Shown here: in pieces, positions 40,326 to 54,226 of the stretch
How positions within the stretch are numbered: the first letter of the stretch is position 1
Layout of the letters: every line of letters begins with the position of its first letter
DNA from: Octopus sinensis
Taxonomy: Eukaryota
Direction: 5' to 3'
Assembly (NCBI RefSeq): GCF_006345805.1
Contig: NC_042999.1
Span: 54,622,001-54,686,000 of the forward strand
DNA: 64,000 nt
Position numbers and translations under genes: made by a program
Notes under the pieces: generated by a model
Seen by the model: the letters and a program-made list of their open reading frames with translations, nothing else
What the model was told of the DNA's origin: nothing
Databases searched by the model: none

Positions 40326-40328
<3 letters not shown>
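40114..40328 (+). mobile_element. SINE family B with (TTA)n tail
   Basis: ggcggtgagctggcagaatcgttagc head and core. Confidence 0.85.
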
Positions 40329-40364
<36 letters not shown>

Positions 40365-41205
40365 GCTTTTGCACAGCTTCTAACGCTGGAGATGTACTAC
40401 AATGTCAGCTGTTCGCTACCTGTGAACTAAGGTAATACCCCTTATTTTTCGAGCACAATCTGGAGTTTTCGAGCGGTTCCAAGCAGTGCTGTTTTCTGCA
40501 AGTGCTCCACCCTTATTGCAGCCCCTATTTGTTCCACGTACTTTTCGAGAATTTTGCTCACTGTTCCCAGGGCACCAACAATTATTGGTACTACTGCTAC
40601 CTTTTTCATCGACCACAACTGCTTAACTGCCCAAGCATACCTTTTTATCAGATGGGCATGCTATGTCTATGATCCAGCGTAGATTGTTTTCTTTCTCAAT
40701 TAAGACTATGTCTGGCTTCTATTCTCTATCTCATGGTCGCACTGAATCATAAAATTCCATAGGATCTTTGCATTTCTATTTTCGACGATGCCTTCAGGTT
40801 TATGGTCGTACAATTTTTTTGCTCTGACAAGTCGATACTTGTTACAAAGTGTCCAATGGACAAGCCTGGCTATATTGTCGTGGTATCTCTTATATTCCTT
40901 CTGGGCTAGTGGCGTACATTATCTGGAAAATATGCCACACGGTTTCACCGTTTTGTCCATAGATTCTGCACTTATCACTTTCTGCTGTGTTGTCTATTCT
41001 GTATTTTATGTAGTTTGTTCTTAGTGCTTACTCTTGGGCAGCACCGATTAGAGCCACCGTTTCCGGTTTTAAATTACTTTTAGTCATCCACAGCCATCTT
41101 TTTTCTGTCTGTCTTATCTTCAGCATCCTTATGAAATTGACCATGCATTCTTTTCTTTACCCACCTATTTTCAGTTTCATTCGTTTTCAATTTCTTGTAT
41201 AGTGC
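40365..41205 (-). mobile_element. 5'-truncated RLE-type LINE (R4/Dong-like) inserted in (TTA)n
   Basis: Minus-strand peptides KRMHGQFHKD, LKPETVALI, CTPLAQKEYKRYHDNIARLVHW, plus PD..I-type nuclease and VVPIIVGALG remnants; (TTA)n on both sides. Confidence 0.85.
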
Positions 41206-41242
<37 letters not shown>

Positions 41243-41642
41243 TATTATCATTATTAAATTTTCACTGAAAAAAATATTGTCGATCAGGATTCAGTTTCCT
41301 GATAAAGTGAGTAAATTATTTTCACAGGAAAATATCAATATTCATAGAAATAATTGTTATTACCAATTAGAAGCGGGGAGGGGTTAAATAGAATAAAAAT
41401 GAAGTGTCACTTCGTGGCATATCGGTATATGTTGACGAGCTTGGTATATTCACTATGTACGTTTGATACTGTTATAGGCGCGTGTGTGTGTGTGAGAGAG
41501 AGAGAAAGAGAGAAACAGAAAGAGAGACACATTGTCACGGATCAGTGACTTTCTGTAACGTGACGTATTGGTTTCATGTATAAATACACATTCTAACGTG
41601 ACGGAGACTAATAGACAGTGGCTTTGTTTCAAGGGAATAAAA

Positions 41643-41702
<60 letters not shown>

Positions 41703-42241
41703 TACGCATTCAGATGTGGAAACACATAAAACGCAAGTACACAAACACATATGTACCCAAATATTCTTACACATTGAGCAAGCAGAAAATACCGGTAAAC
41801 ACACACAAACACACACACACGTACGCGCACACACACAAACACACACACACGTACGCGCACACATACACACACGCACATCTATACATACACAAGCGTGCAA
41901 TGTATGCGAGTGTGCATTTATATATGTGTGTGTGTGTGTGTGTAAGCATTCATGCATGTGCACGAGTGTAGTTTGCGCTGCGTAAGCATGTGTATACGCA
42001 TGATGTGTGTGTGTGGGAGTGAGCAAATTAGTGAGTTAGTGTATGTATGAGTGTGTATTTATGTATTTCGATGTGTGTGAGTGCGTGTTTACATAAGGTT
42101 TTTTTTGTGTCTGTGTAATGTCTTCCATCATCCAAGTTAATAAAATTTGAAACCTTTACATGGCATTCCAACAAACTATTCAATGACATCTTAAAGGATC
42201 ATTGAATTTCTGTGCGTATTTGTGTGTATGTGTGTGTGTGT

Positions 42242-42242
<1 letters not shown>

Positions 42243-42334
<92 letters not shown>

Positions 42335-42406
42335 AAGGGACAGACAGACAGATAGATTGATAGATAGATGGACATATTGATACATAGATGGACAGATTGA
42401 TAGATG

Positions 42407-42455
<49 letters not shown>

Positions 42456-42552
42456 GAGATAGGTAGATAGGTAGGTAGGTAGGTAGGTAGGTAGGTAGGT
42501 AGGTAGGTGGAGGGACGGACGGACGGACGGATGGATGGATGGATGGATGGAT
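42243..42552. repeat. Compound tetranucleotide tract (GATA)n-(GGTA)n-(GGAC)n-(GGAT)n
   Basis: Directly visible. Confidence 0.95.
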
Positions 42553-42938
42553 AGAATTACCTAGAGTGAATATCTTCTCTTAGACGGGTTGCGTTGTCTG
42601 CACACACGTTAGGAATATTGTGTAGAAATAATCCTACATGAAGTACTGATATTTAATATTCAAATAATATTGTTGGAGTGTGCAGATTATACCGAACAAT
42701 TTAAAAATGATAAAAACAGAATCAATAATAGGCGATTGCAGGTCCCCCAAAACGCATTAAATAGCTGAAGGAATAAAATTCATCAAAGGACATACTAAAT
42801 ATGTCTACCTGCTGGAAATAACAGTCAAAATTCTTATTTAAATTCTCAAAATACACTGATAATAACTACAGAAATCAACCATCCGAAAGCAAACGGGCAA
42901 AGACAGTCTCCCAACGTACATTCAAGTATTTAGACTCA

Positions 42939-42987
42939 CGTGGACCGGTTTCTGCAATTACAAAATAGCCTCAGCCTCTTCAGCACG
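42939..42987 (-). ncRNA. Hammerhead-like motif with GUC site and degenerate stem II
   Basis: Minus strand: cgtg CTGAAGA ggctgaggctattttgtaattgca GAA ACCGGT C cacg. Confidence 0.55.
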
Positions 42988-43532
42988 CTATGATAGTGAC
43001 TCCCAGCCCGTCCTATTGAATCCATTGTTTATATATAATGTATAAATATGTATACATATCATAAACACACAAACATACACCCACACTCAAATATATGCAT
43101 ATCGCTGTGAATAGCAATTATATGTACGTGTGCGCATGTATATGATTGTATGTATATATCAATGTATGTGTGGTGACGGTGTGTGACTCTTTGTGTGTGT
43201 GTGTGTGCGTGTTTGAATGTATATCAGCACTATATATTTTTGCTATGTCTTTTGATGAAGAACACTTCAACACCAAAACTTCTTTCTCAGATATCTTCCA
43301 TGCACAACACCTATCTCCACTACCTTTCCCCCATATCTCACAAGCGCTCTATCCTAGACCACCCTCATCTAACTCCCAATACCAATTTTAAGCGGATAAG
43401 GCTGTTGATATATGTAAGTCTGTCAGGTCTGAAATTATGATTAATGGCGATTCTACGTTCCGCTGAAAACTGTACAGAAATGTACGCACGCGCGCGCATA
43501 TATACATATATACATATGTGTATATATGAGTG

Positions 43533-43602
<70 letters not shown>

Positions 43603-43919
43603 ATATACATGCATATATATATACATACATATATATATATACTCACATATACATGTATATATATATACATACATATATATATCTACACATATATTATATA
43701 TATACACATATGACATGCCTATATATATACATACATATACATGTATATATATATATATACATTATATACATATATATATACATACACATATATATACATA
43801 CATATATATACAATATATATACATGTACATACATATGTATATATACACATATATATACACTCTCTCTCCTCTCTTTCCTCTCTCCTCTCTCTCCCCTATC
43901 TCTTTACACTCTCTCTCAC

Positions 43920-43953
<34 letters not shown>

Positions 43954-44092
43954 ATATATATATATATATATATAATGTCGAACGAATGCTCAACACCGCA
44001 TTAATGGATAAAATACACGCATGCACACACACACACATACACACACACTATATATTTATACATAAGTGGGTGTGTGGATGTGTGGGGGTACT

Positions 44093-44179
<87 letters not shown>

Positions 44180-44186
<7 letters not shown>

Positions 44187-44720
44187 GGCAGTAGTGGCCA
44201 ATGGAGCTACCTCAATGAAAACACAAATAGCGTGCGGTGTTCCACAGTGTACTGTCTTGGATCACTACTTTTCATAGTTGCCCTCTCAGATATGCCCTCA
44301 GATACCCGGATAGCCACCCTTGCTAGATACGCAGACGATACGAAAGTCTCGCAGAAAATACAGAACCCCAGGATTTGGATTCAATTTACAGATGGGCTGA
44401 GGAGAATAATACGCAGTTTAATGCTGAAAAATTCCAAGCCCTGCGCTACCAGCGTCCAAAACTGAATATAAAACTAACAGGGTCCCCTGGTCCACGGGGA
44501 TTACAATCCCAGAGCCTAAATCAGTGAGAGACATGGGTATCGACATGAGTGAGGATACCTCTTTACAAGTGCACAGTACTAGGATTGCGACAAAGTACAG
44601 ACGACTAACTGGATGGATCCTGAGAACATTCAGAACCAGAGAGAAGGAAATCATGATGGTCCCCTGGAGGACATTCGTCCTAAGCCGTCTGGATTACTAC
44701 TCCCAGCTATGGTTGGAGTT
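44180..44720 (+). pseudogene. CR1/L2-like LINE reverse transcriptase fragment
   Basis: [21 protein letters not shown]...YADDTKV; RDMGI...GWILRTFRTRE...SRLDYYSQLW. Confidence 0.9.
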
Positions 44721-44839
44721 ACAAAGCAATCAATTTACATGGGATGAATGCCAGGTGTGGAGAGTCATCAAGAGGTTTAATAGGATCTTTTCCTTTGCAG
44801 GCACTGTTACCTGTTAAGCGTACCTAGGCATGCTACACC

Positions 44840-45260
44840 CGTCCAATTTACCAACCATACCTGCACTCTATAGAAATGATGAATTTTTCTTTTAACAAAA
44901 CGGCGCCCCGCCCCACAACAGCCGAGACGTGCGAGTTTACCTGGATGAAAATCTGCAAGGTCACTGGATAGGACGAAGAGGCACAGTTGAGTTCCCAGAA
45001 AGGTCTCTTGGTTTAATACCTGCTGACTTTTACTTATGGGGTACCCTAAAGGATCTCGTATCACAGAAAACTGGCTACACTATGTTTTTTGCTGAAAAAA
45101 TTGAAACAGCACGAGCAGTAATCCCGCTGGACACTTTGGCAAATGTGGCCAAAGATGGAGTTCACCGTACTAACGAGTGTCTGAAAGCTACCCCTTCTAA
45201 GGGCAACTTGTATTAATCACGTGATGTCTCAATAAATTTAGTATTTTTATAAGTTTCTTT
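44840..45260 (+). pseudogene. Tc1/mariner transposase C-terminal remnant
   Basis: QNGAPPH..RDVRVYLDENLQGHWIGRRGTVEFPERSLGLIPADFYLWGTLKD is a decayed QDGAPPH...WIGR...PPRSPDLTPLDFYLWG. Confidence 0.8.
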
Positions 45261-45438
45261 CTTGAAATGTGTATCGGTGTTTTGAAATGTGTATCGGTGT
45301 GTGTGTGTGTGTGTGTGTGTGCGTGTATGTGTGTGTGTGCGCATGTATGCATGTGTGCGTGCGTGCGTGTGTGTGTGTATGCATGTGTGTAAGTATTATT
45401 ATACAGAGTTATATAAAACGTATAGGTGTATAAATATG

Positions 45439-45489
<51 letters not shown>

Positions 45490-46525
45490 AAATACAGACA
45501 GAAATGGAGAAGGGAGAGAGAGAGCTGTGAGAGAGAGATGTTAATTGCCAACATACCTTTAATTAAATTAGTTGTCCTTACTAAGAATGTAATAGCTAAG
45601 GAGACACTCCTGTATTTATATAAATACGTGGGACCTTCCTCCAGCCCCACGACACACACACACACACCTTCACATCCCCCCTCCTTTCTTTCTCTCTCAA
45701 AGAATCCCATCTTTCTTCAATTGTTTGCTGTCTCATTAGTTCAAAGCTTCTGTCGGCTACCCACATATGTTGGCCTGGAAAATGGACCGCTGTTTCCTGT
45801 GAATGTCTGTGAATATAGGGGCGAGGACGTTCGCTGTGTCTGGGTTTTTGTGTGTGTGTATATAAATATGCATCAACGTTTGTGTATAAATGTGTGTGTG
45901 TGTGTGTGTGTATTAAAATATGTGTATGTGTGTGTGATTCTATGTATGTGCGTGTGTATGAATATTTTGTGTGTAAAAGTGTATGCGTGTGTGTATGTGT
46001 GTGTGTTAGTGTGTACATGTGTGTAGGGGTGTCAGAACTTTAACAACAAAGACGTACAACACAGACTCGACTTGTTGATAATGAACAAATTAACAAAGAC
46101 CAAATCTTCTAACATTAAAAGGGGTTCCAAACATGACTATCCCGTCTTTTATTCAACTATATCAGAGACAAAATTTCCCCTTTATTTTAATACATCAGGG
46201 TGGTATTAAGGGTGTTCTAGCTGTTATTTCTAGCAGATTGTAGGATTTATCCAGCAAAGTTTTGGAATGAGTAACCCATAATGATAGTTTTTCCAGCAAT
46301 GACCATCCCGTTCTAAATTCATAAATTGCGTATGCTACTCTTTTCCGGCGCAAGAGGCTGAGGAAGATGTGGGTGTCATTTCTAGATGGCTGTGTGGCTA
46401 AGTTAAGGATTTCACGTTGTATAGATTCTCTAACACACCGACATACATACATACATACATACATACATACATACATACATACATACATACATACATACAT
46501 ACATACATACATACATACATACATA

Positions 46526-46985
46526 CGCGTAGGCGAGAAAGATATGCCATAATATACATCTGGAAGATCCTAGAAGGACTTGTCCCAAACTTTGGCATCG
46601 AGAGTTACACAAATGCCAGAACTGGGCGCCACTGCATAGAGCCAAGGACTCCAAATTTGCCATCAAGATGTAGGACAAGATACTGTGATAGCCTGGGCTT
46701 CCGAGGTCCACAGCTCTTCAATATCCTCCCGAAGAACCTAAGAGACCTGCATGGGGTGGATGCAGATGTCTTTAAAATGAAACTGGATCTCTTCTTGTCA
46801 GGTATCCCAGATGAACCAACTTCACAGCAGGAGGTGCAGATGAGGGCAGCTGCATCGAACTCTCTCATGCACCAAATGGCAATTGCTAAAAAGCATTCGT
46901 GAAGTAAAATCATGTAGCAACACCAAATGGCGGTGCCCCAGCATGGCCACAGCTTGTGAGCTGAAACTAGATAAATAAAAAATTT
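46526..46985 (+). mobile_element. CR1/L2-like LINE 3' end (ORF2 C-terminus and tail)
   Basis: RRRERYAIIYIWKILEGLVPN...FNILPKNLRD...FKMKLDLFLSGIPDEPT; tail ggcggtgccccagcatggccacagc. Confidence 0.85.
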
Positions 46986-47020
46986 AAAAAATACATACAT
47001 ACATACATACATACATACAT

Positions 47021-47980
47021 AGTAACATTGATCATCAAAGCAGTCTATTATGGACCAATAACCGGATTACTACCCCCTACTTTGAAGGGTATGCGTTTTC
47101 AATCCATGAACAGGAAATATCAACCAAATACCTGACGTACAAAAGGGATAGAGATGCAGGAAAAGCAGTAAAATGTGACAACCAATGCAGACTTTGTGGA
47201 GTTAACACTGAAGATATCACCCACATCATAAGAAGTTATCCAAAAATATCATCACGGTATTATCTACCAATGAGACATGATGTTGTAGCTAGGACACTCT
47301 ATAATTAAATCCGCCGGAAGGATAACCCCGAAGACAACAAAATATGAACCCACAATATGGTAGAAGCTTTAGTCACTCATAACAAAAAGGAATACTGGTG
47401 GAATGTACCAGTGAAGATCTCAATAAAATGCAAGTATTGTAGACCTGATATAATGATTTGGGCGAGAGAAGAGAAACTGTATTGTTGTGGAAATTAGCTG
47501 TCCAGTGGATGTTAACAAAGTTGAAGAGATCAGTGAAAAAGAGAATACTTACGCTGGACTATTGAAAAGTCTAGTTACTCTATCCATGTCACAAGTTCAG
47601 ATTTATACCTGTAATTATTGGGGCACTGCCTAAATACCAATCTTAAGAAATTAAGCTCCTCAAGACCAGAAAGGAGAAAGCTAATTTGAAGACTACAGAT
47701 CCAATGCATCACTGGAACAGTAAAATCTGTAAAGTTTTCCAGAACTTTATCATCTAAATATATATGAGCATGTTTAGATATGCAACTATATGCATGCGAA
47801 TACATACATAAAGCAAAACTTACAAATCTGCATATATACATACATTCATACATACATACACACAAACAAAAATACCCTGTTGTTGATGTTGAAATCTCAA
47901 TGAAGGCGCCTTGGATCTAGGTTAGAAACCGATTCTTTCTCTATTGGCAAGAAATCTTGAAATAGAACTGAACAATGATA
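47021..47980 (+). mobile_element. 5'-truncated RLE-type LINE (R4/Dong-like), second family, between (ATAC)n tracts
   Basis: CRLCGVNTEDITHII (zinc knuckle), MRHDVVA, EYWWNVPV, RPDIMIW, EISCP, EKENTY. Confidence 0.85.
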
Positions 47981-48097
47981 TACATACATACATGTGTGTA
48001 GAATTTATACATAGAGAGTCCGTAGCAATTCAAGCACTGAGAGGTAATAATTAACAAAATAAATTGTATTTCTCTAACTGCTAACTACGTTTTAGTG

Positions 48098-49462
<1,365 letters not shown>

Positions 49463-50167
49463 GAGAAATTTAGAAAAATAAGAATAATCAGAATGGAAAA
49501 GACAGGAATGTAACGGACAACAAAAACGTGTGTGTGTATGCGTTGGGGTGCCGGAAGAAACCTGTTTTACTATAATTACCAGTTATACTGACTCATGTAT
49601 ATAGAGACGGACGGACGTTAATGTATGTTTATATACATATTAATACATATGCACGTGTGCGTGTGTGTACATACACGCATACACACACGCATATGTAATC
49701 TATTAAACATCTCTATAAGTAATACATATTTGAATGTTTTTATATAAAAGAAAGCTCACACACACAAATACAAACATATGCTGAGGGTGGAGTGTATGCC
49801 TATACACATCCGTATACGTTGATGCATATGGATCTCTTTGGTTCATTTTTAGCATCATAATCAAGGCCATGCTGGAGCACTGTTCTCAGACATGAATGCT
49901 TTATGGTTTTTGTGTCGCCCCTTGCTAATTTCCAAGGCTCCATTGTTTTAGTTCGCCCCTTTTTCCGTGTACGTGACACCAGCCGAGTGATGCGGCCAGA
50001 TCCGCTTTGTTTCGTCACCTTTCATAATACTTTTTCGGAAGAACGATGTAGAATTTAGGGCCTTTAAATGTGTTTGTGAGGAAAAAGCACACTGGAATGT
50101 GACAGTACCTTCTATTTCTTTTCTTTTATTCCCTATTTTTTTGCCAAATCGGAACAAAAATCTTATA

Positions 50168-50613
50168 GGCGCAGGAGTGACTGTGTGGTAAGTAGCTTGC
50201 TAACCAACCACATGGTTCCGGGTTCAGTCCCACTGCGTGGCATCTTGGGCAAGTGTCTTCTGCTATAGCCCCGGGCCGACCAATGCCTTGTGAGTGGATT
50301 TGGTAGACGGAAACTGAAAGAAGCCTGTTGTATATATGTATATATATATGAGCATGGGGTGGATGCAGATTTCTTTATATATATATATGTGTGTGCGTGT
50401 GTGTATGTCTGTGTTTGTCCCCCTATAATTGCTTGACAACCGATGCTGGTGTGTTTATGTCCCCGTCACATAGCGGTTCGGCAAAAAGAGACCGATAGAA
50501 TAAGTACTGGGCTTACAAAGAATAAGTCCCGGGGTCGATTTGCTCGACTAAGGGCGGTGCTCCAGCATGGCCGCAGTCAAATGACTGAAACAAGTAAAAC
50601 AGTAAAACAGTAA
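50168..50613 (+). mobile_element. SINE family A, full length
   Basis: ggcgcaggagtgactgtgtggtaagtagc...ggttcagtccc...catcttgggcaagtgtc...aagtaaaacag. Confidence 0.95.
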
Positions 50614-50939
50614 ATTATTCACTTATAAATCCTTAAAACTCGTTTTCGTGGGCGCGATTTCGTTAGATTAAACCCTTTGACGACGCTAAAGCGGGCGACC
50701 GCATGCTTTGTGATTACAGCTGAAAATAGCAATTTTTCTGCCAGTTAGTGAGACAAACACAAAAATATGTGGTCAATCGTTTTTAAGTCTTCTGAAGGTG
50801 AAATAAAAAGAAATCGCATTCGTTAGAGCGTACTCGTCATTTCAAAAGGTTAAGGCACATCGTTGCCGTGATGAGCTAAACAGTGGAGACGTTATGCATA
50901 GAGATCTTTTCAGTAATTTATGTCACCGATATTTTTCAG

Positions 50940-51130
50940 AGAGCGCCGATGGGTGCGAATGATTTTTTGCAATTTCTCAAAATGTCCACTCTCCATTTTC
51001 TGCAACGACACCACCATCAACAGCGCTGCATCACTTGTGCAAGTTTTAAAATTCCATCAGCATTGCACAAACGATGTTAGTATCAAGTTTAAGCCGTTCG
51101 AAACCCTGTACCAAAGTTTAGGCTGCCAAC
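50940..51130 (-). pseudogene. Possible Tc1/mariner C-terminal remnant
   Basis: Minus strand ...AVDGGVVAENG, then GHFEKL after a frameshift, resembles the AVV..NGGHFE terminus. Confidence 0.4.
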
Positions 51131-51792
51131 AAAAATCGAGCTTACATCACATTACCAATTTTGACACAATTGTTTAATGTAGTAATTTTGAAACAAAACA
51201 AAGACGAAAAAAATTGCACAACCTTCAAATTGTAGCGTGGTAAATTCCTCCAAGAAATACCAGAAAAACCATCGACACCTGGACACAGTTCAGTCAACAG
51301 CTCCCTTATACGAATGGGCTCTGATGGCCCAAAACATGACTAAAAAATAACGTCATTAAGTGAGGCTATGGAGTTATTTGCCATGGCTTGGGGCAATAGT
51401 GTTTGGAACCTGAATTCGTCTAAATTTAGGTCCCTCTCCAGCCACTGAGTTCTTGAGTGGTTGTTGACATTTTCTGATGTTAGGTGAACATGTATTATCA
51501 GACATAGCTATATCCAGCTTTCAATTGCTTATGGCCTGAGGCAAAATAGCACATTTCGATGGAGGGCCAAGAATTCTATGGCATTCAGCGACATGTCATG
51601 GTCATTCCCTCAGTTAGATTATAGATACCAACACGGATGGCATGGTTTCTCTTCACCGTAAGCATCACCTCGATGCCGTTTGCAAAGTTACTGAAGCTCA
51701 GCCGATTGAATAGTTTGTCTGTCACCGAAAGTATGCTGATGAACAAGCATACATATACATACACCCACACACGCACACACACATATACTGGC

Positions 51793-51838
<46 letters not shown>

Positions 51839-51840
<2 letters not shown>

Positions 51841-52020
51841 CGGGAAGGTTTACGAAAATAAACAAAAGACGAAGGCAGGTGGAGTACAAACAAACAAATG
51901 TATTAGTATGGCTCTCAGGAATAGAAATAGAACAAGTCTTTTACGTTTCGAGCCTACGCTCTTCGACAGAAAGATACACAGAAAAAGGAGAGAAAAAAAT
52001 GCGTGTAGGAGCTAACAATC
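51839..52020 (-). mobile_element. Hammerhead-bearing short repeat, same family as 30551-30720
   Basis: Aligns with 30551-30720 and begins directly after (TA)n. Confidence 0.75.
51937..51974 (-). ncRNA. Minimal type-I hammerhead variant with palindromic stem III
   Basis: Minus strand: tcttt CTGTCGAA gagc gtag gctc GAA ACGT A aaaga; all helices pair perfectly, A6 changed to U, one extra A. Confidence 0.65.
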
Positions 52021-53554
52021 TAACATATATGTATATATGTATATATACTGGCAGATGGATAGACGGATAAATATACACACACGCATATATATATAGTACA
52101 CACACACACACACGCACCTTGATGAAAAGTTCTTATCAAATCAGGTCACACTAACCTACTTGTAGACTATGACACAGATACTTGACCTCTGCTAATGACC
52201 TTCGAGTCATTAATAAAGGTCAACCTTCTAATAATCTCTTGTTCCTTTGTTACAGAACAGATATAACTGATTGCATCGACCCTAATATAAAACTGGTACT
52301 TTACAAATCTCACAAAGGCATTGACGAACAGTGACGTTTCAACTCCGAACACCTTTTGCTAATGAAATCTCGTTACATAATGAACCAATGAAGGAGCCTC
52401 TATGCGGTTGCTTGGCATGCTAGAAATCGCCACCAAATATCCCTTAACTCAAAGTTTGCTGGATCTTTTCACAGCCATCAGGGTGCGTAGCGCTCCTCAC
52501 GACTGCAGGTCAGTGAGATAGTTGTAAACAGTTTCGAGTAGGGACCGGAAAAAAAAGTATGAACATACAATGCGCATGTCATATCTCGCTTTATCTCGCT
52601 GCTTCAATTATGCAAATAACACCTTATAAATACAAGTGCACCCTTATTACTTTCCTGACAAAATATTGGGCACCTAGCACTTATTAACAACTGTACCCCT
52701 AGTTTCTGCCTTTTTATGTGAATCACTTCGCCTTCCCATAATTCTCTAAAAATGAACCTGTGTGTTTTGTGGTAGACTCGAGGTGCAATCATTTTAACAA
52801 CTATATGCATCCAGAGGATATTGATATATGTTATATCAACAGGCGGGGCGTCACAATTGACTCAAAGAGCATTTAATATTCTCAGTTATTTGTCTATAAA
52901 CAATTATTCATTAAGATCGCAGCAGGTGTAAATGATATCCTTACTTAAAATTCATCTGGTGTTGTCTGTTTGTTGTCCCTTACAACTGATGATATTGTTC
53001 ATAAATTGAAAAATTTCATTTCCACTGTTAAACCTGTCAACACATCAGCAGTTGTTGGATTTATCACCATTCCCACTGCCAACTCATGCCACATAAATAA
53101 CACTCTTAGCAAATCTGGTGTTCTTAAACAACTGATTTTGAACTTGAACAGCAAAGATTAAACTGTTTATTATGTGACTTAAATGAAATTGTTAGAAATT
53201 TAAATTTTACATTATTGAGTCCATGGACAGTTTCCTGGTATCGATGTATTGCTAAGGACCATAAAAAAAGGAGCAGGAAAGGTTCCCCATTGAGGCATCA
53301 CATAAGATATATACTTAGCAAGTTATATGATGGTCTGCATGCCATGTCTGACGCCACTATCGCGCAGCATTGCTGCAATTTTCTTCTTTTAATATGAAGC
53401 AACATTGTATAATATAGTCCAAGATGCACAGTGCCTTGGTAAAAGACGAGATAGCCACAACCGGAACACCTTTGATCATATGTCTGCTTACCATCCATGA
53501 CCTGGGGTTAAAGAACAACAATGTTTCTACAATAGATCTTCAATATAAAATGGC

Positions 53555-53735
53555 GTAGAACTGGCAAAATCGTTAACACGGAGAACCGCCATTCTTCCGC
53601 TTCTTTACGTTTTAATTTCAATCCCTTTGAGGTTAATTTTCCTTTTCATCCTTTCGGGGATCGATAAATAAAGTATCAGTCAAGTATTGGGGACGATGTA
53701 ATCAACTTATTCCCGCCCCTCTAAAATCGCTGACG
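53555..53735 (+). mobile_element. SINE family B, diverged
   Basis: gaactggcaaaatcgttaacac...ttcatcctttcggggatcgataaataaag. Confidence 0.7.
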
Positions 53736-53876
53736 TTGGACTTTGCAACGGACTGGAGGATGTTTCGGGCAATTCTGCCATGGAAACTGAGTAACCGACC
53801 TCATCAGTCTTAGGGCTCAAAACCAGAAAAAAAACCTTTCAGTATAATATTTTCACTAACTTCCTCCTACTATTCT

Positions 53877-53915
<39 letters not shown>

Positions 53916-54185
53916 CACTCTCTCACATCCTGTTATTCTCCCTCCTCCCTCACCCATTCACTCGATCCAATCCCTCCTCCTCCTCTCTCTAATCCCAGCC
54001 TCTTGGTATTTTATTGGAATTAAACTTAAAATATAACAGGAAATTGTCTTTAATTAATTAGTGAACAAATGGAAAGTTAGTTAATCTGTATCAGCCAGTA
54101 CTAACAGGAATTATACCAGTAATAACACAAATACTAATATAACAACGGCAACAACTACAGCACTTTCAACTTGATGTATTGATGT

Positions 54186-54226
<41 letters not shown>

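Noticed and set aside
50168-50240. tRNA genes at SINE heads
   Set aside because: A/B-box-like motifs but no complete cloverleaf, and they run straight into SINE bodies
52600-52635. Octamer ATGCAAAT followed by a TATA-like TTATAAATA
   Set aside because: Expected by chance in 64 kb of AT-rich DNA; no downstream gene seen
52970-53161. 63-aa non-repetitive ORF as a possible exon
   Set aside because: No recognisable motif and no convincing splice-site pair
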